Source: Ignavibacteriota bacterium (GTDB lineage Bacteria > Bacteroidota > Ignavibacteria > UBA10030). From it: a stretch of 64,000 nucleotides of DNA. The notes beneath the pieces were generated by a model. That model ran no database searches, had not been told where the DNA came from, and saw only the letters and a program-made list of their open reading frames with translations. Below, piece after piece: positions 1-12,024 of the stretch (position 1 is the stretch's first letter; each line of letters begins with the position of its first letter). The translations under genes were made by a program, and so were the position numbers. Location of the stretch: contig CAVSHO010000012.1 of NCBI GenBank assembly GCA_963727825.1, forward strand, positions 1 to 64,000. Direction: 5' to 3'.

Positions 1-521
1 GTCGATTCAAGTTGTACTCTATCAATAACTGATCTGCGAATTAATCTGAAACCACATTGGCTATCCTTAATTTTAATGCCAGTTCGTATTCCTACTAACG
101 CCGAGGTTAGCGTATTAGAAAGTATGCGATGCACCGGCATCTGCGTCCCGATTCTTTCACGCCAGCCGATTATAACATCAGCGTTAGTTTTCTGTTGAAC
201 AAGAAGGAATTTTGGAACATCCTCTGGCTGATGCTGCAAGTCGGCATCTATTGTTAAAATATATTCGACCTCTGCTTGTTTTTTCAAATAATCAAAGCCG
301 GTCTGAAGTGCGGCACCTTTGCCTCTATTTATTTCATGCCGAAGCACAATCGCTCCAATAGAAGCGGCAACCTCATTTGTTCGATCCATAGAACCGTCAT
401 TGACAACGACGATCTGCACATTGCCAACAGCATTATGCAACCGATTTACAAGTTCCGTCAGTGAGTATTCTGCGTTGAACGCTGGAATAAGAACCGCAAT
501 TGATTTGGTCATGAATCCCAT
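1..521 (-). CDS. Glycosyltransferase family 2 (runs off the window edge)
   Basis: Manual translation gives MGFMTKSIAVLIPAFNAE...VVNDGSMD...NRGKGAAL...TIDADLQH...DSQCGFRL, typical GT2/DPM1-like motifs. Not in the ORF track because it is truncated. Confidence 0.9.
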   Translation of the reverse strand, partial: MGFMTKSIAVLIPAFNAEYSLTELVNRLHNAVGNVQIVVVNDGSMDRTNEVAASIGAIVLRHEINRGKGAALQTGFDYLKKQAEVEYILTIDADLQHQPEDVPKFLLVQQKTNADVIIGWRERIGTQMPVHRILSNTLTSALVGIRTGIKIKDSQCGFRLIRRSVIDRVQLES

Positions 522-522
522 T

Positions 523-1383
523 TCAAGGTATCTTTGAGGAATTGACAAATTTTAAAGCATCGCAGACCATTGCCACGCGCTTCATTTCTTTTACATCGTG
601 TACACGGATTATGTTGGCGCTGTTCAGGATCGAAGCTGTCACTGCAGCGGCGGTTCCTTCGAGCCGCTCGTTTGGAGGCAAATTTAGAATTGCGCCAAGA
701 AATGATTTCCTTGATACTCCCACCAATAATGGATGTCCAATAGAAGCAAACGTTTTTAATTCCTTGATAAGCTGAATGTTGTGTTCGAACTTCTTTCCAA
801 AACCAATTCCAGGATCTACAATTATTTGTTTAATACCGGCTTTCAATGCCGCTTTAACTCGCTCCTGTAAGAACTGTTTTACATCCTTGGTCACATTCTT
901 GTAACTTGGATTTAGCTGCATCATCTTAGGTGTGCCCTTAATATGCATCAATATAACACTGGCGTGGTTTTTTGTTACTACCGACGACATCTTCGTATCA
1001 AATGTCATTGCGCTAATATCGTTAACAATGGTTGCTCCAACTTGCAACGCGGTTTCCGCAACATCTGATTTGTATGTGTCGACAGAAATTGGAACGCTTA
1101 TTTTTTTTGACAGAGATTCAATAACCGGAATAACTCTCTGGATTTCTTCTTCTACCGAAACTGATTCCGAACCGGGTCTTGTTGATTCTCCACCGATGTC
1201 GATAAAATCTGCACCGTCTTCTGCTAACTTCCGCCCATGCTCAATTGCCTGTTCAATGTTTAGATAACGCCCACCATCAGAAAACGAATCTGGTGTCACA
1301 TTCAAGATTCCCATTACATGAGTTCGCGACGAAAGTTCGTACTCGACTGTGCCAAACCGATATTTGAAATTTTTATTCATCAT
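523..1383 (-). CDS. folP: Dihydropteroate synthase
   Basis: MGILNVTPDSFSDGG, DIGGESTRPG, DPGIGFGK, GVSRKSF and RVHDV motifs. Start set at ATG 1383. Confidence 0.97.
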   Translation of the reverse strand: MMNKNFKYRFGTVEYELSSRTHVMGILNVTPDSFSDGGRYLNIEQAIEHGRKLAEDGADFIDIGGESTRPGSESVSVEEEIQRVIPVIESLSKKISVPISVDTYKSDVAETALQVGATIVNDISAMTFDTKMSSVVTKNHASVILMHIKGTPKMMQLNPSYKNVTKDVKQFLQERVKAALKAGIKQIIVDPGIGFGKKFEHNIQLIKELKTFASIGHPLLVGVSRKSFLGAILNLPPNERLEGTAAAVTASILNSANIIRVHDVKEMKRVAMVCDALKFVNSSKIP

Positions 1384-1390
1384 AAACCAA

Positions 1391-2836
1391 CTATTGCCAT
1401 AACAATCGAATAAGTGCAATGCCGACAGCTTTTACACCCCAAACCATGTTAGCCGGCTCCTTGTCTGTGGTGAGCACTGGAATATCCAAAGATGAATGAT
1501 AGTACGGCGAGTAATCAATCGTTACAGAGTCGGGATTTCCTTTCCATGCCTTCGATGACCAGCCTCGCGTTTGCCGCATGGATTTGGGCTCATTCCATGC
1601 CGCTGTGAAAACCGTAATCGATGGAATTTTTTCTTTCGGAACATCTAAGTAGTCAAGATATTTAGGCAGAAAGACATACGAATCGGTACCCCCCTGAGAT
1701 GGATTTGTCGTTGCTTCTTTCCAGAAACCTTTTCTATCGACAAATTCCTCGCCGACTTGTTCAAAGAGTTTCAACAAGTTGTTATTGTGCGGCACATCGT
1801 TACCTTCAAAATAGATACACTTTCTCGTTTCTCCAATTCCGATTTCGTCGTAATTGATGACACCAAGTATATTCTTTAATTCCTTTGCGTGTTGTTTAAC
1901 ATAACTACTTGTTGAATAGTATTCACTTCCCCAAATAATAAACCGAATACTCTGCTTCGGCAGCGGAAGAGTTTTACTTTTCACCATCGTGTTAAGAATA
2001 CGTGCAACTTCCAGCACTCCCGACTCTCCAGATGCATTATCGTCCGCGCCGGGCCCGCCGGAATCAGAATCGCCATGCGCACACACAATATAATATTTAT
2101 CTGTTTGTCCTTGAAGCGTTGCAATTACAGTCTTAGGATTGCCCTGCGCTATAGTTGTTTTTGAAGAATATTTTATCGAGACATAGATTCCTTTCCCTAA
2201 TTCTTCGCGCAGCCGTTGACCGGCTATATTGGCAATGTTGAATACTGGAATGGGGTTTTTGTCGGATTCTTTTAAAGTTGAAATCATTGCCCAATTGGAA
2301 TATGCTGATGAGCTTACAGTCACATAACATAAGATGCATCGTGCTCCTGCGTCAACTAATTTATCATACATTTTTTCAGATGGATGCTGATCTATCAGCA
2401 CAGCACCTTTGCCGATTTTATTTTCATCAATATCGTGAATGGATTTGACGAACGTAAGACGAACTGTATCCTGTTTTATAGAAGGTGAATATCCTGCTAG
2501 CCATTCATGCTGAATAAGTCCGCTGAGACGTTTCGGTTGTTCAATTTTTAATTGCCAGTCATCATTGGAGTACACAAGCTTTCGAGGATCACTTACTATA
2601 TCCGGCTTGAAGCCATAACTTTTAAATTTGTTAGATATAAATAATGCTGCCTTGTCTCCTGATTTTGTTCCGCCAAGACGATTGCCGCATTTTACCAAAT
2701 CGTGCACGGTTTGTTGAAGACGTTTTTGGGAAACTTTAGAAGTAAATATATATTCGTACGACGACTGTGCCTTAAGAGACGGAACAGTACAAATGAAGGA
2801 TATAATTACAAAAACAAAGCAGCGTTTGAATGTCAT
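1391..2836 (-). CDS. Secreted M28-family metallopeptidase
   Basis: Signal peptide plus AHGDS, GADDNASG, WGSEY, TDS and YHS motifs. Confidence 0.85.
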   Translation of the reverse strand: MTFKRCFVFVIISFICTVPSLKAQSSYEYIFTSKVSQKRLQQTVHDLVKCGNRLGGTKSGDKAALFISNKFKSYGFKPDIVSDPRKLVYSNDDWQLKIEQPKRLSGLIQHEWLAGYSPSIKQDTVRLTFVKSIHDIDENKIGKGAVLIDQHPSEKMYDKLVDAGARCILCYVTVSSSAYSNWAMISTLKESDKNPIPVFNIANIAGQRLREELGKGIYVSIKYSSKTTIAQGNPKTVIATLQGQTDKYYIVCAHGDSDSGGPGADDNASGESGVLEVARILNTMVKSKTLPLPKQSIRFIIWGSEYYSTSSYVKQHAKELKNILGVINYDEIGIGETRKCIYFEGNDVPHNNNLLKLFEQVGEEFVDRKGFWKEATTNPSQGGTDSYVFLPKYLDYLDVPKEKIPSITVFTAAWNEPKSMRQTRGWSSKAWKGNPDSVTIDYSPYYHSSLDIPVLTTDKEPANMVWGVKAVGIALIRLLWQ

Positions 2837-3038
2837 TCAGAAATAACCGATGGTGGAAAAAGCGTTCGTAAATTCACTTTTGAATAATACAGAAATCTTC
2901 CGAGAGGAGCAATTTAAGAGTGGATTCTCCAACCGCCTTCCAAAGATTATTGAAGGTCGCTTAGTTTTTTGAGCGCTTTTTCATACAATTCTGTACAGAA
3001 TTCCTTTGAACAATAATGATTATTTATTCTCGATTGGG

Positions 3039-3173
3039 TTTAATATCCCGACGCTTGCGGCGTATTATAGATTGTCATGCCGAACTTGTTTCGGCATCTA
3101 AACTTTAGACCCTGAAACAAGTTCAGGGTGACGCAGTAAATACCCCGCTGCTTGCGACGGGGATCATTTATTT
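3039..3173. repeat. Composite palindromic element: outer TTTAATAyCCCG.CGCTTGCGGCG...TACCCCGCTGCTTGCG.CGGGG with an inner REP doublet
   Basis: Inner hairpins GTCATGCCGAACTTGTTTCGGCATC and GACCCTGAAACAAGTTCAGGGTGAC (3074-3132). The outer ends recur in inverted orientation at 61771-61905. Confidence 0.75.
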
Positions 3174-3318
3174 TACATATAATATTTCCAAAATCGCTAC
3201 AGAAATACTCTACGAATGATTTACTCGATTGGCTAAGTAGTTATTAAATGGTATATTATTACATGAAAACAAAGTAAAGTCTTGATAAATAAGGAAACAT
3301 TGAAAGAGCAAGTAGTTT

Positions 3319-4674
3319 ATGATTGATCGACAATATTGGTGGTTTTTCAAGGGTTTTGATGTTAGAAACAACAAGGTTTGGTCCCGCGCATTTAAAGATT
3401 GCAATTTGGATGTGCTGGCAAAGTCCAATCCTACGCCGCTGTATTTTACTAATGGAAAAAGAATTGAAGATAAAGCAAGACTTATCAGGGATGCATTTGC
3501 AAAGAATTATGTGGGTGTTGTTGATATCAATTATGCTGTGAAGGCAAACTATTGCCCTCAGATTTTAGATCTCATTGCAATACTTGATCTTGGTGCAGAT
3601 GTTGTCTCTCCCAACGAAGCTATTCTTGCAGAACAGCGTGGAATTCCTCGTAATAGAATCATGTTCACCGGAACATCTGTTTCAAAAGACGATCTTGAAC
3701 AGCTTGTAAAGTTTGGTAATTATAAAATTAATATCGATTCAAATTCACAACTGAAGAAGCTCGGAGAGCAGAGGGACGAATGGAACATTCATGGTTTGAA
3801 TCTTTCCGTCAGGTTGAATCCTAATGTTGGAGCCGGCCATAACCCTGATGTTATAACAGCCGGTTTAAAAAATGAAGGCGGTGTGCCTATTAAATTCGGT
3901 ATCGAGCAGGATAAAATTATCGCCACTTTTCTAGCAGCCCGCGAGTATGGTTTTAATCCCGATACCTTGCACATTCATATAGGCTCCGGCTGGCTTGGTA
4001 ATGATGTCGATAGTTTTAGGATAGCTTTACAAAATACTCTCGGTGTGATGAAGGAATTGCAATCTCATGGTTTTTCAAACTTGAATCTAGATGTCGGCGG
4101 AGGTCCCGGTATTAGGTATAGAGAATCCCAAAAATCCTTTCCATTTAATACGTACGTAAAAATAATCAGTGATGAGCTAAGAAAAAGCGGTGTAGAAATA
4201 AATAAATTAATCACTGAACCTGGCAGGAGTTTAGTCGGCGATTCAACTGTGCTATTGACAAAAGTGAATACCATAGAAGAAAAAAATGGTATTCTACATG
4301 CTTTTACCGATGCCAGTATGGGGACATTGATAAGACCCAAGCTCTATCACGCATATCATGAGATAATTAATGTCTCTAATCCAAACGGCACTCTTATGAC
4401 CTACTCTGTTGATGGAAATGTATGCGAAACCGGCGACACCTTCACTCAAGATCAACCTAGGGAAATCCCCGAGATTAGAGAAGGGGATATTTTAGGCATT
4501 CTTGATACAGGCGCATATGGCGATGTAATGTCCTCATCGTATTGCCTAAGAAGTAGAGCAAACATTTTGTTAGTGCACGATGGCAAACTTGTTCAGTGTT
4601 CTAAGGGTGTGGAAGATTTAAACCAGATAATGAGCAGATTTTTTATAGACACAAAATTAGAAAAACAAAGCTAG
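3319..4674 (+). CDS. lysA: Diaminopimelate decarboxylase
   Basis: YAVKAN (PLP lysine), KFG, HIHIGSG, DVGGG, EPGRSLV, GNVCETGD and GAYG motifs. Confidence 0.92.
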   Translation: MIDRQYWWFFKGFDVRNNKVWSRAFKDCNLDVLAKSNPTPLYFTNGKRIEDKARLIRDAFAKNYVGVVDINYAVKANYCPQILDLIAILDLGADVVSPNEAILAEQRGIPRNRIMFTGTSVSKDDLEQLVKFGNYKINIDSNSQLKKLGEQRDEWNIHGLNLSVRLNPNVGAGHNPDVITAGLKNEGGVPIKFGIEQDKIIATFLAAREYGFNPDTLHIHIGSGWLGNDVDSFRIALQNTLGVMKELQSHGFSNLNLDVGGGPGIRYRESQKSFPFNTYVKIISDELRKSGVEINKLITEPGRSLVGDSTVLLTKVNTIEEKNGILHAFTDASMGTLIRPKLYHAYHEIINVSNPNGTLMTYSVDGNVCETGDTFTQDQPREIPEIREGDILGILDTGAYGDVMSSSYCLRSRANILLVHDGKLVQCSKGVEDLNQIMSRFFIDTKLEKQS

Positions 4675-4761
4675 GACCTAGCTTAGTCTCTTCTCGGTGA
4701 TTGGCTTTCTTCACAATTTTGAAGATCCGATGATGAAAAACTTCTGAAACGATAGTAAGTA

Positions 4762-5145
4762 TTATAAGCTCAGCATTCCCTGGACAATTTTAAGCATATT
4801 ATCCGGATTGAATGAAATTTTTGATATAATTTTCGTGCGTCCAAGCCCTTTGTTGCTGACATGTAATACTTCCGCAGGATAATTTGTTATAAGCAGCGCA
4901 GGAATGTCAATTCCCTTCGTGCGTGCCAATCGAATAATCTCAATCCCATTTGTACCCGGCAGAAGGTAATCACTGATCAGGAGATCGAACTTTTCATCCG
5001 ACAGTTTTTTGATTGCATGATCTCCATCGATACAGAAGGTACATTGAAATCCCAGCCTGCGTAATGTTGACAGCACTACGGTCCTATAAACATGATCATC
5101 TTCTATAAGAAGAATCCGTTTTTCTTTTTGTTGAACATCGGTCAT
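4762..5145 (-). CDS. Single-domain response regulator (REC)
   Basis: LIEDD, DLLISDYLLPGTNG and a C-terminal K. Confidence 0.9.
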   Translation of the reverse strand: MTDVQQKEKRILLIEDDHVYRTVVLSTLRRLGFQCTFCIDGDHAIKKLSDEKFDLLISDYLLPGTNGIEIIRLARTKGIDIPALLITNYPAEVLHVSNKGLGRTKIISKISFNPDNMLKIVQGMLSL

Positions 5146-5363
5146 CTTGATACCCTCCCTATTCGTAAAAAATACACTAAAGTATATTGTAAAAAAAAAG
5201 TAGCGGGATATTTTTATATCGTCAATTAATCTAAAATAGCCTAATACCCAAAAACCCGATTTATCAAATCAGCTTTTTTCCCAGTCCTCCATTCCTATGT
5301 CTGCTAATTTCAAATACTCCATGTGCTTATAGTACATATTATTCTAAAGAAACTTTCTGAAGA

Positions 5364-7398
5364 TCAAATGTTATTCTTTTTTTGATCTTCAATCATTTTG
5401 TCATACACATCTCCATAGAGTTTCTTTGCGCAATCTGGGCATATCCCATGCGTAAATTTTGCATCGGTATGCTGACTGATGTATCCTTCCACTTGATTCC
5501 AGAATCCTTTATCATCTCTTATCTTCTTACAACTAGCACAGATAGGAATAAGCCCTTGCAAAGTTTTGACGTTATCCAAAGCGTACTGAAGTTCTTTAAT
5601 TAATTTCTCGCGCTCCGCTTCGAATTGCTTACGTTCGGTTATATCTAAAACTATACCTATAAATCGAATTGCTTTGCCATTCGCATCTCGTAAAGGCCGT
5701 CCGCGGGACATCAACCATCTTATCGAGCCATCGCTGTCAACCACACGCCACTCTGCATTCAATTCAATCGATTTGAGCGCTGCTTCTTGCACTTTCTTTT
5801 CAGCATTCTCCCGGTCATCCGGATGAATTGTCTGCTGCCATGTTTCATACGATGGCACACAGCTATGCGGCTCAAGACCATACAATGTCCATAATTCATC
5901 CGACCAAATATTCTCATCTGTGATCAAGTCCCATTCCCAGGCACCGGCATTTGCAGACTCTAATGCTATGCGAAGGCGTTCGCTGCTCGCATGCAATGCT
6001 TCTTCTGCTCGCTTACGCCCGGTGATATCTCTTACATTGCACTGTATGACTTTGTGATGATCGACGAGATAAACATTGCTAACAAACTCAACTTCTAATT
6101 TTTGTCCATTGGTAGTTTCCAATGGTAGGTCATCATACCGTACATATTCTTTCTGCCGCAATTCAAAAAATTTCTCTTCATTAGTTATAATATCTTTGAG
6201 GAATCCTAGCTCCCAAAGCTTCTTTTCAAGAAACTGTTCATGCGTGTAACCAAGCATCTCGATCAAGAATGGATTTACATCTGTGATCATTCCTGTTTCG
6301 GCATCGAGGATAAGAATACCGTCCCTCGCCGCCTCAAAGAGCCGGCGATAACGAATCTCTGAGTCTCGAAGTGCCTCCGCCGATTTATACTGCTCCTGGT
6401 AGAAACGATTGCTTTGCTGGCGCCAAACAAATCCCACGCTTGCGCCCGCGCCAGCAAGTAAAACACCGATAAGAAGGATCATAAACCCCAATCGTTCTTT
6501 AAGAGGCGCATACACTTCTTCCATATCCATACGGGCAACTAGGAACCAAGGTGAATCCGGAACGGCACGCACATCGGCAATTACCGATACTCCGCGATAA
6601 TCTATACCTTCAACAATTCCTGACTGACCTAACACCGCTCTTACAGCGGGAACATCTTCACTTGTCAAAGGAATCCGCAGATTCAATGCCGCATCTTTGT
6701 GGAATTTAAGGTCATTTAGAAACAGCGCATCGTTCCCATCTTTGCGAATAATTAACGTTTCGGATGTCCGGCTTGGTGTGGGCCATTCCTTAATGAGAGG
6801 ATATAGGTACTCCTGAGGACTGATCCGTAATGCAAGCACACCGATCAATCGTTTTGAGTGATCGATCTTCCAGAATGGGGACAAGAATTTTTAGATAGAT
6901 ATGTTGATCTTGATCGTTACGATAAAAATCCTGAAAGGCAATATTTCCTGATTGAAGTATATCAGTATTTCTTTGGTCAATTATTAAACGCGCTCGTTCT
7001 TTATTCTCTGGATAAATTAATATCGTATTCAATTGCGCATCCAGCAGCATCATGAGATCATAATTAGAAGCGCTCTGTACTTGCCCCACCCACGCTAGAA
7101 TTTCTGTCTTCGCATTTCTGTCATTTCGGTTATGGATGAACCGTTTGACAATTGCGGAAAACACATCGTTCTTGTAAAAGATTTGTCCATCTCCTAATCG
7201 TTCTTTTCGCCATTGAACTAATTGGTTGACTTTTAAATCCGCAATGGTGGAAAGCTGTTGTTCAACTTCAGCTCGATAGTTCTTCTCATAGCTTCGATAT
7301 GAAAAATAGCCGCCAGTGACAATACCTATTGCAAGGAGAAAGAATATAAGAATGAAAATATATCCCGTCCTGGAGTTTCTATTTTCAGAATTTTTCAT
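5364..7398 (-). CDS. Membrane sensor with a Cache-like periplasmic domain, two PAS domains and a C-terminal LPICxxC...HGICPxC module (frameshift near 6860-6885)
   Basis: ORFs 6790..7440 and 5364..6884 join into TM-periplasmic-TM-PAS-PAS-Cys module. Confidence 0.8.
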
Positions 7399-7661
7399 TG
7401 CAAATTTCCTTTTCAAAGCCAATATACATTCGTCTCGCAAAAATCACGGGACGCCCGCCTGCTGGACGGGTAGGCAAAAAAGCGCGGAAGGACTGGAAAC
7501 CCGACAATGTAATAAACATAGTGTATTTCTGTTTTATCACTTTCTGAAATTTACACATTTTTCCGTATTTATAACAAATTTAAATGAGAGAAGTTTCCAC
7601 GATTTACTTTCCGTCCAACACTTCTCTTACCATTATTAGGATTATTATGGGTTTTCTGTGA

Positions 7662-7938
7662 TGTCAGGTCTTTTTCAGCTACAGAGTTACCTTCGGAAGG
7701 TTTCTCGGCTTAAACTCTGAACCCTTCCGAAGGTTACAACGTTCAGCAAGTCCTGACAGCACTTACATTCGGAAGAACGTAACCTTGTCAAGGTTCTCTG
7801 AGTAAAGTCCGATTAGTAATCGGACGCTACAAGGTAACCTTGACAAGGTTTTCTTAGCTCTGTAGCCTTCGGAAGGTTTCTCGGCTTAAACTCTGAACCC
7901 TTCCGAAGGTTACAACGTTTAGTAAGTCCTGACGGCAC
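7662..7938. repeat. Cluster of nested REP/REPIN-like palindromes
   Basis: Two copies of CCTTCGGAAGGtttctcggcttaaactctgaacCCTTCCGAAGG, an AACCTTGTCAAGGTT...AACCTTGACAAGGTT doublet, and GTCCTGACrGCAC ends. Confidence 0.8.
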
Positions 7939-7944
7939 AATCAT

Positions 7945-10900
7945 CTATTTTTCATCCAGCACTTCTCTAACCATTTTCAGGACTTTCTTAATATCATATG
8001 GTTTGAGGAGGAAATGTTGTATCCCCGCTTTTAAGAATTCGGATTTCATTTCCGGATCAAGAAACCCTGTTGCGACAATCATTCGTTCATTCGGATTGAT
8101 TTTTTTTATCTGCACACACTCTTCCATTCCGGTCATCCTCGGTAATCCGAGATCCGTAAGCACAAGCGCAATCTCCTTCATCCTTTCCTTATAAGTATTC
8201 ACTGCCTCGAATCCATCCTTAACAGAAAGAACTTTATATCCCTTTTCAATGAGTACCGTCTGAAGAGGCATCCTGAGCATTTCTTCATCTTCTGCAATCA
8301 ACAATGTCTCTGTTCCGCCTGGAATACTTTCTAACATCTCTTCTTCTTTTTCAGTGATGGGCGCTACCATATGTGATGCAGGTAAATATATTCTAAAAGT
8401 TGTTCCCTTGCCAGGGTCACTATCTACATCAATAAACCCTGAGTGAGATTGTATCACTCCGAATGTTACTGACAATCCCAATCCTGTTCCTTTTCCTATT
8501 TCTTTTGTTGTGAAAAACGGTTCAAAGATTCGCTTCCGAATTTCTTCGCTCATCCCTTCACCTGTATCACTCACTTCAATGCATACATAACTGCTCGCAG
8601 CAGCATCCGGATGTTGATTACGCAGCTTTTCAACAGATATCATGCGCGTATTGATGGTGAGAACGCCGCCATTTGGCATGGCATCGCGGGCATTGACACA
8701 AAGGTTCATCAATACTTGATGCAGTTGTGAGCGATCTGCATTGATGTAAGGAACTGCTTTATCGAAATTCTGAGAATAGGTAAGATTTTTGGGGAACGTT
8801 TCAAGTATCATTGTCATAATTTCCATAACAACATCATTTACATTCACCGGTCCAAATGCTGTTTCCGTTTTTCTTGCAAATGTCAAGATCGATTGAACAA
8901 GTGTTTGGCCGCGCTGCACGGCTTTCGTGATAGTTTCAGTAGCAAGGTCCAATTGTTTTGTATCATTTTTATATCTTTTAATATTTGCGTTGTACGCTAG
9001 TATGATTCCAAGAATATTGTTGAAATCATGTGCGATTCCTCCTGCAAGCGTTCCTAATCCCTCCAGCTTTTGCATTTGCCTTACTGCTTCTTCCGCCTGC
9101 TTGCGTTCGGTTATATCTGTGAGCACGCCGCGTATTCCAATTGGCTTGTTCTCCTTGATAATTGGCCTACTCGAAGTTCGTATCCATCTAAATTCACCGG
9201 ATTTTATTTTTACCAGATATTCAGTCGGCACAAGATTTCCCGCCATGACATTTTGAAATTGTTCTTTGTTCTTTGGAAGAAACTGTGGATCAAGAAATTC
9301 ACCCAAAGAATGGCCTATCATCTCTTCCGGTTTGTATCCGCCTAATATTTCGACTGTTGGACTGATATAAGTAAAAATTCCGTTCGTATCTGTCGTATAA
9401 ATTACATCATTGATTTGCTCTACCATAGCACGATATTTTTCTTCGCTCTCTTTTAATGCTTCTTCTGCTTCCTTACGTTCGGTGATATCCTCGATCATCA
9501 CCAGAACGTAGAATGATTTTCTGTCTGTACTGCTGATTTTTGATAGAGTCCTCGTAGCCCAGATCACCTCACCGTTCTTCTTGAGGTATCGCTTCTCGGT
9601 TTGATGTCTCTGAATTTGTCCTTCCTGCAATCCCTTAACCGCTTCCACATCCACCGATAGGTCATCGGGATAAGTTGCATCTTTAAAAGTAATGTGCATT
9701 AATTCTTCTTTTGTGTATCCCAACATCTCGCATAATGACCTATTAACATCGATTAACCGACCATCGGTTAAGCTGGCCATTGCCATGCCAAGTGGCCCTT
9801 CCTCAAAGACCTTGCGGAATTTTTCCTCGCTCTCAAACAGTGCATTCTCTGTCCGCTTGCGCTCGGTGATATCGTGCACAACTCCTTGCAGACCAATTAC
9901 TTTTCCATTCTTTATAATTGGATATTCATATGCTTCCAGAAGAATTTCCCTTCCAGTCGCGTGCCGGACTTCTATATATACTGGCTCTTTAGTGAACTCT
10001 CCCCGAAGATGAGCACGTGTTATTTCTTTTGCGACTTGATTAAATTTTGTATCTGTGGTAAACCAATCTTGCCTCTTAATCCACACATCGACTTTATATC
10101 CTGTAATTTGCTCAACTGTCGGAGATACATAGATAGTTTTCGCTTCAGTATCCTGCGTGTAAAAAAACAGGTGGGGGGTTCCCTCCACGATAGCCCTCAT
10201 TCGTTCTTCACTTTTACTCAACGCATCTTCCGCACGTTTGCGGTCGGTAATGTCACTCACAATGTGAACTGCGCCATCGAACCGGCCAGTTGCATCCAGA
10301 ATTGGATCGACTATGACTTCGAACCAATTCTTTCCAATTTGTAATTCCATGCTCTCGCGGCGCAGACTATTTCTTGCACGCAGAAAGGGGCATTCCGGGA
10401 TCGGCTGCGTCGTGCAGTGTACGATTTCCCAACAGTGTTTGCCGATCAACTCCCCGTTTGCGCGTTGGAAGATGTGTTCCGACGTTTTGTTGGAGCGTAG
10501 TACACGCTGGTCCTTATCAAGAATCCACATCGCGTCGTTTGTAGCATCAAATGTGGTTTGCCACTCTTGCAATGCTTTGCCAATCACCTCTTCTGCTCGT
10601 TTGCGCTCAGTGATGTCGCGCGTCAGAGCCATAAACGAAACGGGATTGCCCTCTGCATCCCGAATAACCGTCGCGCTCAGTTCTATCTGAAACTGAGAAC
10701 CATCCTTTTTGAGCAAGCGATACTCAGCGTTTCTGATGACACTGTCTTTTAGAGTTTTCTGTAAGTTAACGCGGGCACGTTCCAATTCTTCCGGCAAAAA
10801 CAGATCGAATACACTTGTGCCAATCAGCTCTTCTGGGCGTTCATAACCATGCAATAACGCAGTTTGCGCGTTACACATGAGAATCTTGCCGTTCAAATCA

Positions 10901-11910
10901 GACTGTGTGATTGCATCGGGAGAGGATTCAATTATAGCTCGATAACGCGTTTCGCTCTCACGCAGTTCTTTTCCCGCTCGTTTGCTCTCGGCCACAACCG
11001 CAGACAGTAAAAGAGAAGGAATCGCCATGATTGCCAAATATAGCTGAACAACAATCACTGCATCCAATGGAGAATCATGGAGGACAACATTTATAACATT
11101 GCCAGATGCGGTAGAATAAATGGCGATCGTTGCTACCAAAAGCAAGGCAATTGTAACTCCGCGCACACTAAAACGCATTGCAGCCCACAATAGATATGGA
11201 AAGGTCGCATATGTGAGTAAAAGGGAAAACTGAGTATGAGCCGAAAGATAGCGGAATACTAAGTGGTTCATAAGGACCAGAGGAATGAAGAGGGCGGCTC
11301 CTTCCAGTACACGTTTCTGATTCCAAGTTTTTAATCCAGTTTTTGCCAAAGATGCCCAACTCAAAATGAGCGGTGTAACGAGAAGATTGCCAATGCCATC
11401 GGATGTTGACCACCACTGAAAAGATTTCAAAAATGGAGTTTCAAGAAAGTGTGTAGAGGCTACTGCCGATAGAAACGACCAGAGCACGTTGCTAAGAATC
11501 ACTGAGAGTAGCAGGAAACCTATCACATCTTTTATTTTACTGAAGTCGATTGGTTCTCCGACGAATTGAATCAATAACCAGGAACTTAAAACGGCATCTG
11601 CAGTAAGGACGAATGCATATATCAGGCTAACAGGTAATGGTGTACCGGTAAGCATTTCCGCAATAAAATCTATTATGAAAAGAACTCCTACAAGATACGG
11701 TCTGAGGTTACGCCGGCTCAATAAGATAGAAGAAAGAAATATTCCTGCTGGGGGCCAAATGGCTGCAATTCCTTCTGGTTCAAATACGAGAGACAGACTG
11801 AGCCGTGCCATTGCAAAATAAATAAGCGCAATGGAGGCGATCCAAAGGATATTCTGCCTTAAGGAGATGCGAGAAGGGAAAAAATACGTGTTGCCAATTT
11901 CTTGATTCAT
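7945..11910 (-). CDS. Hybrid sensor histidine kinase (MASE1, five PAS, HisKA, HATPase, REC)
   Basis: Hydrophobic N-terminus with IWPPAGI and [11 protein letters not shown], repeated DITERK motifs, AHDFNN H-box, FFTTK...GTGLGL and a C-terminal REC domain. Confidence 0.93.
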   Translation of the reverse strand: MNQEIGNTYFFPSRISLRQNILWIASIALIYFAMARLSLSLVFEPEGIAAIWPPAGIFLSSILLSRRNLRPYLVGVLFIIDFIAEMLTGTPLPVSLIYAFVLTADAVLSSWLLIQFVGEPIDFSKIKDVIGFLLLSVILSNVLWSFLSAVASTHFLETPFLKSFQWWSTSDGIGNLLVTPLILSWASLAKTGLKTWNQKRVLEGAALFIPLVLMNHLVFRYLSAHTQFSLLLTYATFPYLLWAAMRFSVRGVTIALLLVATIAIYSTASGNVINVVLHDSPLDAVIVVQLYLAIMAIPSLLLSAVVAESKRAGKELRESETRYRAIIESSPDAITQSDLNGKILMCNAQTALLHGYERPEELIGTSVFDLFLPEELERARVNLQKTLKDSVIRNAEYRLLKKDGSQFQIELSATVIRDAEGNPVSFMALTRDITERKRAEEVIGKALQEWQTTFDATNDAMWILDKDQRVLRSNKTSEHIFQRANGELIGKHCWEIVHCTTQPIPECPFLRARNSLRRESMELQIGKNWFEVIVDPILDATGRFDGAVHIVSDITDRKRAEDALSKSEERMRAIVEGTPHLFFYTQDTEAKTIYVSPTVEQITGYKVDVWIKRQDWFTTDTKFNQVAKEITRAHLRGEFTKEPVYIEVRHATGREILLEAYEYPIIKNGKVIGLQGVVHDITERKRTENALFESEEKFRKVFEEGPLGMAMASLTDGRLIDVNRSLCEMLGYTKEELMHITFKDATYPDDLSVDVEAVKGLQEGQIQRHQTEKRYLKKNGEVIWATRTLSKISSTDRKSFYVLVMIEDITERKEAEEALKESEEKYRAMVEQINDVIYTTDTNGIFTYISPTVEILGGYKPEEMIGHSLGEFLDPQFLPKNKEQFQNVMAGNLVPTEYLVKIKSGEFRWIRTSSRPIIKENKPIGIRGVLTDITERKQAEEAVRQMQKLEGLGTLAGGIAHDFNNILGIILAYNANIKRYKNDTKQLDLATETITKAVQRGQTLVQSILTFARKTETAFGPVNVNDVVMEIMTMILETFPKNLTYSQNFDKAVPYINADRSQLHQVLMNLCVNARDAMPNGGVLTINTRMISVEKLRNQHPDAAASSYVCIEVSDTGEGMSEEIRKRIFEPFFTTKEIGKGTGLGLSVTFGVIQSHSGFIDVDSDPGKGTTFRIYLPASHMVAPITEKEEEMLESIPGGTETLLIAEDEEMLRMPLQTVLIEKGYKVLSVKDGFEAVNTYKERMKEIALVLTDLGLPRMTGMEECVQIKKINPNERMIVATGFLDPEMKSEFLKAGIQHFLLKPYDIKKVLKMVREVLDEK

Positions 11911-12024
11911 AGAAACCTCTATCTTACATCATGAATCGGGAGAGGAATGCAAGCTGAAAGGAAAGGTGGAGAAAATGTTCGGTTTGATGGTTTGTACATT
12001 CAGGACAATTCATAGCGAAATTCT

